A stretch of DNA of 29,572 bases from a virus (lineage: Duplodnaviria; Caudoviricetes): positions 1 through 29,572 of IMG/VR virus record IMGVR_UViG_3300033555_000018; one strand, written 5' to 3'. Positions 1 to 7,148 of this stretch are shown piece after piece; within the stretch, counting starts at the first letter, position 1; every line of letters starts with the position of its first letter. A program made the position numbers and the translations under genes. A model generated the notes under the pieces. That model saw only the letters and a program-made list of their open reading frames with translations, was not told the DNA's origin and searched no databases.

Positions 1-138
1 GATGGATGGTGTATTGAAGTAATTGATAATATAATTAATCTTTACGAAATACCAATGTTTGGCGGAGAACCTATTTTAATAAAATCAAATTGTGCTTCTA
101 TTTTAGAAGCAATAGAATTAGGTAATTCATTAACATAA
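1..138 (+). CDS. 3' part of a small hypothetical protein (truncated by window), convergent with integrase
   Basis: Frame 1 is open from base 1 (DGWCIEVIDN...ELGNSLT) to TAA at 136-138, 7 nt from the integrase stop. Confidence 0.6.
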   Translation, partial: DGWCIEVIDNIINLYEIPMFGGEPILIKSNCASILEAIELGNSLT

Positions 139-145
139 TTAATAT

Positions 146-1339
146 TTAAAAAACAATAGTATTACCAGTCATTTTGCTATCAATGTTGCCAGTTAAATCC
201 CTTTTATATTTATCATAGGACGCGGTATCTCGATGCCCTGTTAATTGCATTACCTCAATATCTTTATAGCCAGCATTAAGTAAATGGACTACTCTGGTAT
301 GCTTAAAACCGTATAAGGTAAATGAATCATCTAAACCTAAATCCTTTCTTAATCCCCGAAATACTCTGGAAAAATAGTTTTCGGAATGTTGATAGTTTGC
401 AACTAATCCATTACCTCCAATAACATAATCGCTTAGAGAATGATTTTGCAAGTCTAATTTGTTTAGCATTTCAAATAACTCATTACAAATTGGCACCGAC
501 CTAAATCCTGTTTTGCCAATTATCCTAATTACTCTACTTTGCAAATCAATGTTTTCGATTTTCAAGTTCCTGATTTCATCAGGTCGCATACATGAGTAAT
601 AAATAAACTTAGCGTAAAATAGGAGTGAGGGAGTTTGGTCCATTGCCTTTTTAACTATCTCAAAGATGTTATTCGTGAAATATTTATGCTTTAAAATCTT
701 TGACGTTTTCTTTTCAAGTTCCGTATCGTTACCGAAATTGAATGAATTAAAGTTAACCCAGCCTCTTGGTTTCGCTTCAAACCATTTTAATAACGTTACT
801 AAAAATCTAATATGATTGTTATAAGTTGTGGCTCCAATCTCATAATTTGATTCAATATATTTCATCAAAGCAATTATAAAATCATCATTTAGATTTGATA
901 CCAGTATATCCGCTTGCTTTGTATCAATTAAATAAGCTTCTATTTTACTAATATATGATAGGTAGGATTGAATTGTTGATTTAGATCGTTCTTTACTTTC
1001 TTTTTGTTTGATGAAATCTGATAACGCATTAGTTAGCTTGGGAGTATTGTTTTTATTTGATTGAGCATTTTCTTCATCAGTATATTTTTTAACAACCAAA
1101 TGAGAAAATGGATTAAACCCAGCTTCTAATTGTTCCTTAACATCTTTTAGCAAATGATTTGCAAACTTTTCTTTCTCATCTCCTTTTAGGTAATTTAATC
1201 CTTCATAGACTTTAAACCTGATAAACTCTTTGGGTCCATACATTTCCCATAATTCAGGTGGAACCCTAAAATAGTATTGGACAAACCATTTATCAGAGTA
1301 GCGTTTAATTTGTAGGTTTTTAAAATTTATTTTAGACAT
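146..1339 (-). CDS. int: Tyrosine recombinase / phage integrase (about 397 aa; likely start MSKINF at 1339)
   Basis: Motifs SCMRPDE (R), IIGKT (K), LYGFKHT, LTGH and DKY (Y), plus a SAM-like core-binding region. The ORF-track start at 1465 crosses attP. Confidence 0.93.
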   Translation of the reverse strand: MSKINFKNLQIKRYSDKWFVQYYFRVPPELWEMYGPKEFIRFKVYEGLNYLKGDEKEKFANHLLKDVKEQLEAGFNPFSHLVVKKYTDEENAQSNKNNTPKLTNALSDFIKQKESKERSKSTIQSYLSYISKIEAYLIDTKQADILVSNLNDDFIIALMKYIESNYEIGATTYNNHIRFLVTLLKWFEAKPRGWVNFNSFNFGNDTELEKKTSKILKHKYFTNNIFEIVKKAMDQTPSLLFYAKFIYYSCMRPDEIRNLKIENIDLQSRVIRIIGKTGFRSVPICNELFEMLNKLDLQNHSLSDYVIGGNGLVANYQHSENYFSRVFRGLRKDLGLDDSFTLYGFKHTRVVHLLNAGYKDIEVMQLTGHRDTASYDKYKRDLTGNIDSKMTGNTIVF

Positions 1340-1346
1340 TCTGAAA

Positions 1347-1373
1347 GTCCCTTTTTTGTCCCTTTTTTGTCCC
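1347..1373 (+). repeat. Left arm-type integrase binding sites: 3 x GTCCC at 11-bp period
   Basis: GTCCC at 1347, 1358 and 1369, separated by TTTTTT. Confidence 0.8.
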
Positions 1374-1379
1374 TTAACT

Positions 1380-1406
1380 AAAAAACCGCCCTTGCGAGGC
1401 GGTTTT
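1380..1406 (-). terminator. Intrinsic terminator following the tRNA 3' fragment
   Basis: Minus strand AAAACCGCC-TCGCAAG-GGCGGTTTTTT. Confidence 0.85.
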
Positions 1407-1414
1407 AAAGGTTC

Positions 1415-1434
1415 TGCGGAGAGTGGGGGATTCG
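1415..1434 (-). other. attP core: 3' end of a tRNA-Ser (CGAATCCCCCACTCTCCGCA)
   Basis: T-loop CGAATC, 3' T-stem strand, acceptor strand ACTCTCC and discriminator G. No 5' tRNA half is present, and arm repeats flank both sides. Confidence 0.85.
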
Positions 1435-1503
1435 GGTTTATTCCTTTAAACGGCTTTTTTAGCATTATGAAAGCGTTTTTACTTATGATTTAAGCCTATT
1501 TTT

Positions 1504-1530
1504 GTCCCTATTCTGTCCCTATTCTGTCCC
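1504..1530 (+). repeat. Right arm-type integrase binding sites: 3 x GTCCC at 11-bp period
   Basis: GTCCC at 1504, 1515 and 1526 (unit TATTCTGTCCC), same orientation as the left arm; overlaps the stop of the XRE gene. Confidence 0.8.
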
Positions 1531-1929
1531 TTTATTGATTGCTTTTTTTACAAATCGTTCTCCAAAGTTTGATTTGTTTTCAGCTATGTTTATGAACATT
1601 CTGGTAAGATACTTAACCTGGTTTTCTAAAACTTCAATCCTGATTTTAGTTTCCGTTGTATCGGTTATTAAACTTTTCGGATCAGGGTTTCTCTTTTCAG
1701 ATTCTTCGCCTGTTAAAATCCAATTAAGGTTGTAGCCTAATTTATACATGAATGCTAAATACTCATTATTCATGACTGTTAATCCTTCAACCTCATATCG
1801 TTGCAGACTTGAAACGGATAAGCCTGTTCTTTCAGCAAGTTCTTCTAAGGTTAATTTCTCTTTTTTTCTCAAGTATCTCAACCTTCCATTGATGCTACTT
1901 AAATTTTCTTTAATAGATTTTCTTTTCAT
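1519..1929 (-). CDS. XRE-family HTH regulator (CI-like) with C-terminal coiled coil
   Basis: RLRYLRKKEKLTLEELAERTGLSVSSLQRYE...NLNWILTGE is a classic HTH_3. Confidence 0.9.
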   Translation of the reverse strand: MKRKSIKENLSSINGRLRYLRKKEKLTLEELAERTGLSVSSLQRYEVEGLTVMNNEYLAFMYKLGYNLNWILTGEESEKRNPDPKSLITDTTETKIRIEVLENQVKYLTRMFINIAENKSNFGERFVKKAINKGTE

Positions 1930-2013
1930 AATGCTTTTGATGTTATCTGTTATTTTCTTTAATGTAGTTTTGACATTTATTTTCTTTACCTTGTAGATGG
2001 ATAGTTACGCACT

Positions 2014-2379
2014 TTAGCCTACCTCTCTGGTATTTGGTTTAACTGCTTCGTAATGATTTAATTTTTCTTCTAACTTTTGAATCTTATCTGTTAATGCGCT
2101 TAAAATGATTTGGTAATTCTGATCTTTCATGATGTTAGTTTTTTGAGGTTGTATATTAGGTTGGTTTGGTTCTTCTTTAATTATATTGTATCTCTTAGGT
2201 CTTTTAGTTACTTCTATATCTAATTGCAATTTTTGTTTAATTGTATTTGCAAGTCTTGGGCTAACTCCAATTATGCCATTAATAACTTTACTTAAATTAC
2301 CAGTATCATAACCTAAAATATTAGCTAGTTCAGCTAAATTAAGATGATTCTCTAAAATGTATTTATCTAAAATGTGCAT
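2014..2379 (-). CDS. XRE-family HTH regulator with C-terminal coiled coil
   Basis: LNLAELANILGYDTGNLSKVING HTH; C-terminal LTDKIQKLEEKL. Confidence 0.82.
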   Translation of the reverse strand: MHILDKYILENHLNLAELANILGYDTGNLSKVINGIIGVSPRLANTIKQKLQLDIEVTKRPKRYNIIKEEPNQPNIQPQKTNIMKDQNYQIILSALTDKIQKLEEKLNHYEAVKPNTREVG

Positions 2380-2424
2380 TAATGTTAACTTGTTAAAAAC
2401 TTTATTGTAAATAAATTAGTAAAT

Positions 2425-2445
2425 ATTGCATTGTATTTAGTATAT
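2425..2445 (+). promoter_or_regulatory. Candidate operator, copy 1
   Basis: ATTGCATTGTATTTAGTATAT matches 2755-2775 at 19/21 positions; overlaps a promoter. Confidence 0.6.
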
Positions 2446-2448
2446 TTG
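2441..2448 (+). promoter_or_regulatory. Rightward Bacteroidota -7 promoter element (TATATTTG)
   Basis: Exact TAnnTTTG match upstream of the first rightward gene. Confidence 0.6.
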
Positions 2449-2466
2449 CTTTATACAATTACTATA

Positions 2467-2496
2467 CAAATATATAAATAAAACCATTAAATCAAA
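2467..2496 (-). promoter_or_regulatory. Leftward promoter for repressor operon
   Basis: Minus strand TTTG (2496-2493), 18 nt spacer, TATATTTG (2474-2467). Confidence 0.6.
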
Positions 2497-2500
2497 TAAA

Positions 2501-2731
2501 ATGTATAAAAAAGCTAAAGAAGCGGCTCCGGATCGGCCACAAATATCAAAAACAATTAAAAACATGCCAATTGATATATGTGTATGTGTTGTTTTTGACT
2601 TAAATAATGTAAAACCTAGTACAGTTTACAATACAATAAGCAGATTAAAAAAAGAATCAAAGCAAACTATTTCTTACACAACATCTTATTCAGCTAGTAA
2701 AAATCAATTAAGGGTTTGGAGATTAAAATAG
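2501..2731 (+). CDS. Small basic protein in the Cro/Xis position, probable DNA-binding
   Basis: First gene divergent from the repressors; basic 76 aa. Confidence 0.6.
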   Translation: MYKKAKEAAPDRPQISKTIKNMPIDICVCVVFDLNNVKPSTVYNTISRLKKESKQTISYTTSYSASKNQLRVWRLK

Positions 2732-2754
2732 TTGAAAAAAAATTTGTAAAATAA

Positions 2755-2798
2755 ATTGCATTGTAATTTGTATATATTGTATATAAGTTATATATTTG
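2755..2798 (+). promoter_or_regulatory. Early promoter with candidate operator copy 2
   Basis: TTTG 2767-2770, 20 nt spacer, TATATTTG 2791-2798; repeat ATTGCATTGTAATTTGTATAT at 2755-2775. Confidence 0.72.
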
Positions 2799-2822
2799 AT
2801 AACTCTTAAACTAATAAGATGT

Positions 2823-3011
2823 ATGCCGCTAAAATTAGCCTACTTAAACAAAAAGAAACCAATAGAAAAAAGCAAATATGAACCGAATTATAAACAAGAA
2901 GCAAAATTGGCTTGGGAAAAGCACAAAGCGGAAACAGAACCCGGAAACAGAGTAGATGAAGAAACTTATCGGGCAGTTTACGAAAAGCATCTAAGAAAAT
3001 TTTACGAATAA
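2823..3011 (+). CDS. Hypothetical phage protein (likely start ATG 2823)
   Basis: The ORF-track TTG start lies inside the -7 element; ATG 2823 follows the predicted transcription start. Confidence 0.65.
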   Translation: MPLKLAYLNKKKPIEKSKYEPNYKQEAKLAWEKHKAETEPGNRVDEETYRAVYEKHLRKFYE

Positions 3012-3018
3012 AAATATC

Positions 3019-3324
3019 ATGAAAAGTAAAGAAGAAATATTAGAACAAGCAGAACGCCATCTTCAAGAAAACATTGGAGCTTGTATGGGGCAACAGGAAG
3101 AAGGATTAGTAATTCATTCTTTTGTACTTGGCGCAAACTGGGCGCAAGAACAGGATAATTGGATTCAATGCCATCATAAGAATGTTTTACCTGAAGGGAA
3201 TTATAATCTTTTGCTTAAAATAAAAACGATTGAAACTATTAGACTTTTTAGAGCGGGCAAGGGTGGCAACGAGATCCCTTATTTTCATGCAATAGCTTAT
3301 AATAAAATACCATCTATAAAATAA
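3019..3324 (+). CDS. Hypothetical phage protein
   Basis: ORF in operon; F..GANWA..Q..WI pattern is common in small phage proteins. Confidence 0.7.
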   Translation: MKSKEEILEQAERHLQENIGACMGQQEEGLVIHSFVLGANWAQEQDNWIQCHHKNVLPEGNYNLLLKIKTIETIRLFRAGKGGNEIPYFHAIAYNKIPSIK

Positions 3325-3392
3325 AAAAGCCCTGCTGAAACAAGGCTCTAAAACTTAAAGCAAATTAAATTTTACAAAACATGGCAAAAGTA
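3323..3392 (-). ncRNA. Candidate antisense RNA unit (promoter plus terminator) over the start region of gene 3381
   Basis: Minus strand TACTTTTG at 3392-3385; hairpin AGCCTTG-TTTCAG-CAGGGCT plus T-tract, fully paired only on the minus strand (G:U). Confidence 0.5.
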
Positions 3393-3728
3393 CAGAAAAA
3401 CATCGACAAGCTAAGAAGCCTAATACATAGGGCTGATTACAACGCTAAGAACATCCTAAATGATGGATTAGAATTTAGATCACCTTTTGATTCAGTTATT
3501 GAATTACTGGTTTTCTTACCAGAGGATGACGATTCAATAGCCTTTGAAATTTGCAGATACGATTTAGAAAAAATCTGCATGAGCAATGGCATGGATGAAA
3601 TGGACACGGTAAAACATACTGATGATTTATTTGAGTTTTTAATTTATCAGGCTACCAGATTTGAAATTGAAGACATCAAAAAAGAGTGTATTGAATTAAT
3701 GGTTTCATCAATATTAGAATTAGCATAA
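3381..3728 (+). CDS. Hypothetical acidic protein
   Basis: ORF with A-rich leader. Confidence 0.75.
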   Translation: MAKVQKNIDKLRSLIHRADYNAKNILNDGLEFRSPFDSVIELLVFLPEDDDSIAFEICRYDLEKICMSNGMDEMDTVKHTDDLFEFLIYQATRFEIEDIKKECIELMVSSILELA

Positions 3729-3904
3729 TGAGAAATTTAGAAAAGTTCAGACAAGAATTGATTAATAGGATTGAGCATTTAGAAACAATGGTAAAAGAAT
3801 ATCCTAAGTCTTTCTATTATGATGGATGCTTAACAGAAGCAAAGTATCAAAGAGATGTTTTTTTTCTTTATGCACCTAAAGAAAGTGAGGTTGAACATGC
3901 TTAG
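3728..3904 (+). CDS. Hypothetical 58-aa protein (not in ORF track)
   Basis: TAATG coupling; MRNLEKFRQELINRIEHLE...EVEHA*. Confidence 0.7.
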   Translation: MRNLEKFRQELINRIEHLETMVKEYPKSFYYDGCLTEAKYQRDVFFLYAPKESEVEHA

Positions 3905-4367
3905 GGAGATAAAATTTAGAGTGTGGGACGGGGAAAACATGTTTTTAAGTCCAACAGAGATAGGTCATTTAGGAAGTTGGTTTGACGCTCATTATCCTGG
4001 TTCATTAGCAAAACCTGAATTAAAGTCATTAATGCAATTCACAGGCTTAAAGGATAAAAAGCGTACAAAAGAGTTTCCAAATGGTCAAGATATTTATGAA
4101 GGGGATGTTTGGAAATATACATCAACCGAATTGGTAAATATTTCAACAGGAAAAAAATCTAAACATAACGGTTTCAGAATTGGAACTATTGAGTTTTTGG
4201 GCGGAAAATTTGTTGAAATAATAAGGTTGCAAGAAAATTCTTTTTTTGGTGAATTACCCAATATTGGAAATATTTATGTAAAGAAAAACATTGCAGAACA
4301 TATTGAAATAATCGGCAACATTTACGAAAACCCTGAACTATTAAGCAAGGAGGTGCCAAATGCTTAG
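3897..4367 (+). CDS. YopX-family protein (start ATG 3897)
   Basis: REIKFRVWD...LMQFTGLKDK...IYEGDV...EIIGNIYENPELL signature. Confidence 0.92.
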   Translation: MLREIKFRVWDGENMFLSPTEIGHLGSWFDAHYPGSLAKPELKSLMQFTGLKDKKRTKEFPNGQDIYEGDVWKYTSTELVNISTGKKSKHNGFRIGTIEFLGGKFVEIIRLQENSFFGELPNIGNIYVKKNIAEHIEIIGNIYENPELLSKEVPNA

Positions 4368-4551
4368 GGAGATATTCCAAAACTTAAAAGGTGATTTAAT
4401 CCCAAAGGGGATAAGAGCAACCATAATACCAGAGGAAATAACACCAGTAATTCAGGCTTTTTTAAACGCTAAATCTCAATTAATGGTTGAAGTTCCTGAG
4501 CATAGGAAATCAAATAAGTTTCACTTAAACACTTTAAAAGTTGCATTATGA
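4360..4551 (+). CDS. Hypothetical protein
   Basis: Coupled ORF. Confidence 0.7.
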   Translation: MLREIFQNLKGDLIPKGIRATIIPEEITPVIQAFLNAKSQLMVEVPEHRKSNKFHLNTLKVAL

Positions 4552-4952
4552 AAGTAGAACTAAAGCACATTGTAGGTTATTTGCCTTATGGGTTGAAAAT
4601 GCAAAGATTTGATGATCATATTGTAAATATCACAGAATTAATATACAGCTTACCTTGCGCATTATTAACCAATTTTAAACCAATCCTTCACCCACTATCA
4701 GATTTAACAAAAGAGTTTGAAGTTAATGGAGAAAAGTTTGTGCCTAAAGAGTGGCTAAATGTAAATTTACATAATACTCCTAATTTTCATCACCTATTTA
4801 GTGAGCCTCATATTTGGAAATATTATCAAAATAACATCCTCAAGTCAAATGTAGAATATTGCATAATAGAAAAGCTTTACGAATGGCATTTTGACATTCA
4901 CTCACTTATTGATGATGGTTTGGCTATTGATATAAACGACTTAAAATCATGA
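4548..4952 (+). CDS. Hypothetical phage protein
   Basis: YLPYGLK...KPILHPLSDLTKE...WHFDIHSLIDDGLAIDIN pattern recalled from Bacteroidota phages. Confidence 0.8.
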   Translation: MKVELKHIVGYLPYGLKMQRFDDHIVNITELIYSLPCALLTNFKPILHPLSDLTKEFEVNGEKFVPKEWLNVNLHNTPNFHHLFSEPHIWKYYQNNILKSNVEYCIIEKLYEWHFDIHSLIDDGLAIDINDLKS

Positions 4953-5095
4953 AAGTACACAACCACATCGACAACGAGTTTCAAGGCAAAACTCCACAGC
5001 AAATAGAAGATAGTTTCAGGTGGGCTAAGTATTGCCTAATTGCCTTAACTATTTTAAGTATCGGTTTATTTATTAATTATTTAATTCAATCATAA
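4949..5095 (+). CDS. 48-aa single-TM membrane protein (not in ORF track)
   Basis: ATGA coupling; MKVHNHID...YCLIALTILSIGLFINYLIQS*. Confidence 0.65.
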   Translation: MKVHNHIDNEFQGKTPQQIEDSFRWAKYCLIALTILSIGLFINYLIQS

Positions 5096-5099
5096 AATC

Positions 5100-5789
5100 A
5101 TGGAAAATAACCAATTATCAACAATCAAAGTAATGCCAGTAAATGACATTATGATTATGGCTAAAACTTTTGCAGAAAGCGGAATGTTTACGGATGCCAA
5201 ACAAATGGGACAAGCATTTGTAAAAATACAAGCAGGTCAAGAAATTGGCATCCCTCCTTTTGCAGCAATGTCCGGCATTCATATAATACAAGGCAAGCCA
5301 ACAATAGGAGCCGGGTTAATTGCATCAACCGTTAAAGGTTCCGGCAAGTACGATTACAAAGTTATCAAGTTAGATGATAAAATTTGTTCTTTAGATTTCT
5401 ATCAAGGAAAAGAAAACATAGGTAATTCTACATTTACTATTGACGATGCTAAAAAAGCACTCACTAAAAATATAGATAAGTTTCCTAAAAACATGCTATT
5501 TGCTAGGGCGATAAGCAATGGTGTTAAATGGTTTTGTCCTGATGTATTTGCTGGGCCTATTTACACTCCAGAAGAAATGCCAGAAGAAACAACTGAAGAT
5601 GTTCCACACGTAGAAGTAACTACAAATGAAATCAACTATGAAGATGCTTTAAATTCTTGTAATTCATTAGATGAGCTAAAAGAGGTGTTTAAATCAATGC
5701 CAAAAGTAAAGCAGGTTGAGTTTAAAGATTTAACAAGTGAATTAAAAGAAGGTTTTGCTGTTTTAGAAATGGGGGTTGAAAATGTCTAA
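5100..5789 (+). CDS. RecT-like single-strand annealing recombinase
   Basis: GQEIGIPPFAAMSGIHIIQGKP...PKNMLFARAIS...PDV..G.IYTPEEM; lies near SSB. Confidence 0.75.
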   Translation: MENNQLSTIKVMPVNDIMIMAKTFAESGMFTDAKQMGQAFVKIQAGQEIGIPPFAAMSGIHIIQGKPTIGAGLIASTVKGSGKYDYKVIKLDDKICSLDFYQGKENIGNSTFTIDDAKKALTKNIDKFPKNMLFARAISNGVKWFCPDVFAGPIYTPEEMPEETTEDVPHVEVTTNEINYEDALNSCNSLDELKEVFKSMPKVKQVEFKDLTSELKEGFAVLEMGVENV

Positions 5790-6039
5790 GATAACAGGAA
5801 ACGAACATGCGATGCCTATAGTGAAATCAAGAGCCGACTATGATAATTACACTATGAAAACTATAACTAAAGTTTTTAGTGAGGGGGGTTTAACCATAAG
5901 ACAACAATTTGCAATGGCTGCAATGCAGGGGTTGTTATGGACTGAATGTAAAGCAGATGAATGTGCAGAAAAATCTGTTGAATATGCAGATGCCTTAATT
6001 AAAGAATTAAATAAAGTTAAGGAGGTTGAAAATGTCTAA
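5782..6039 (+). CDS. Small conserved phage protein (start ATG 5782)
   Basis: GLTIRQQFAMAAMQGLL...YADALIKEL is a widespread phage motif. Confidence 0.8.
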   Translation: MSKITGNEHAMPIVKSRADYDNYTMKTITKVFSEGGLTIRQQFAMAAMQGLLWTECKADECAEKSVEYADALIKELNKVKEVENV

Positions 6040-6481
6040 AGAACTATTTTTTGAATTTCGGGCAGAGGAAATCGCCTACATGTATGATGAGAATTTCAGT
6101 AAAAAACAAGCTATCCAAACCGGGATAGCTTTAGCCAACAAGGTTTTAGATGATGGATTAATTGATCCTTTTAAAGTATTCTCAAATGTATGTCGTTTAA
6201 AGGAAGTGATAACGGCTGCCGATAAAGAGTTTAGGGATAAGCTTGATGTTATAGAAAAAAGAAGCGTTAACGGAGTAGAATTTACATCTATTGCAGGGCG
6301 TGAATCTTTAAATTATGATGAAGATAGCTTATACAATGACCTTAAAGAAAAACTAGAGAAACGCAAAGAAGAACTAGATAGAGCTAAAAGTTCTAAAAGT
6401 ATTGAATTTGACATTCATGGATGCGAACTACCAAAATTAACATCAAAATTCACAAAATCATCAATTAAACTTAATTACTAA
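6032..6481 (+). CDS. Hypothetical protein of the recombination module (start ATG 6032)
   Basis: Lies between recombinase and SSB; coiled-coil segment. Confidence 0.75.
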   Translation: MSKELFFEFRAEEIAYMYDENFSKKQAIQTGIALANKVLDDGLIDPFKVFSNVCRLKEVITAADKEFRDKLDVIEKRSVNGVEFTSIAGRESLNYDEDSLYNDLKEKLEKRKEELDRAKSSKSIEFDIHGCELPKLTSKFTKSSIKLNY

Positions 6482-6486
6482 AAACA

Positions 6487-6792
6487 ATGGCAATTTTATT
6501 AAATGGCAGTTTATGCCTAACAGACTTGATTAATCAGGCTAAAAATCAACATTCGGCTTTTACTAAAGCTAAGAATGGTAAAATATATTTCAACTTTACT
6601 CAATGGGTAAATGATGAAGCTGATGAATATGGAAACGTATCTTCTGTACAGCTTAATAGCACCAAAGAAAAGAAAGAAGCTGAAGGTAAGGTTTATGTTG
6701 GTAACGCTAAGAAAGCGGAAGCTAAAGCACCAGAACCAGTAACGGCTGATGATTTAGCAGGTATTGACGATTTGGATGAATTGCCTTTCTAG
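6487..6792 (+). CDS. Single-stranded DNA-binding protein-like
   Basis: Beta-rich core, acidic tail DDLDELPF, context. Confidence 0.7.
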   Translation: MAILLNGSLCLTDLINQAKNQHSAFTKAKNGKIYFNFTQWVNDEADEYGNVSSVQLNSTKEKKEAEGKVYVGNAKKAEAKAPEPVTADDLAGIDDLDELPF

Positions 6793-6801
6793 TATTTAAC
6801 C

Positions 6802-6829
6802 GCCCTGATTAATTTCGGGGCTTTATTTT
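6802..6829 (+). terminator. Intrinsic terminator after SSB
   Basis: GCCCTGA-TTAATT-TCGGGGC-TTTATTTT. Confidence 0.75.
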
Positions 6830-6834
6830 AACTT

Positions 6835-7119
6835 ATGACCACAACAGAACATCAAGAAATCCTAGTTAGTTACATAAACGCCTTGCCTATTGATAGCAAC
6901 AGATATTTAATAGCTAAGCAGTTAATGAAGGATTTAGAAGCTCAAAAAAATATGGTTGATATTAAGCCTAAATTTAGCAGTAGCCCTTTAAGATGTAAGC
7001 ATAAAACAAGAACCTTTGATTCTATACGAGCCGCAGCTTATTGTTTAGGCATTAATAATTCAAACTTGAAAAGAGATATTATTAGTGACACTAACTTTTA
7101 CGGTGTTTATTTAATTTAA
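6835..7119 (+). CDS. Protein with NUMOD1-like HTH C-terminus
   Basis: TFDSIRAAAYCLGINNSNLKR. Confidence 0.6.
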   Translation: MTTTEHQEILVSYINALPIDSNRYLIAKQLMKDLEAQKNMVDIKPKFSSSPLRCKHKTRTFDSIRAAAYCLGINNSNLKRDIISDTNFYGVYLI

Positions 7120-7121
7120 TT

Positions 7122-7138
7122 TCCCACATTTAAATAAC
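7122..7138 (+). repeat. TCCCACATTTAAATAAC box, copy 1
   Basis: Identical 17-mer at 7858 and 24126. Confidence 0.85.
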
Positions 7139-7148
7139 TTTAATTAAA

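Noticed and set aside
1415-1500. Complete tRNA-Ser gene
   Set aside because: Only the 3' 20 nt match; the upstream sequence cannot form D, anticodon or 5' acceptor arms
1347-1530. CRISPR or microsatellite interpretation of the GTCCC repeats
   Set aside because: 11-bp period, no spacers, no cas genes; position fits integrase arm sites
1502-1996. Plus-strand ORFs 1502..1735 and 1748..1996
   Set aside because: Antisense shadows of the XRE gene
3855-3896. Long N-terminus of YopX (also track starts 2796, 5776, 6026, 26739, 27073)
   Set aside because: Downstream ATGs fit family starts, coupling or promoter/terminator positions better
6835-7119. Homing endonuclease
   Set aside because: Only a NUMOD1-like HTH; no HNH or GIY-YIG motif
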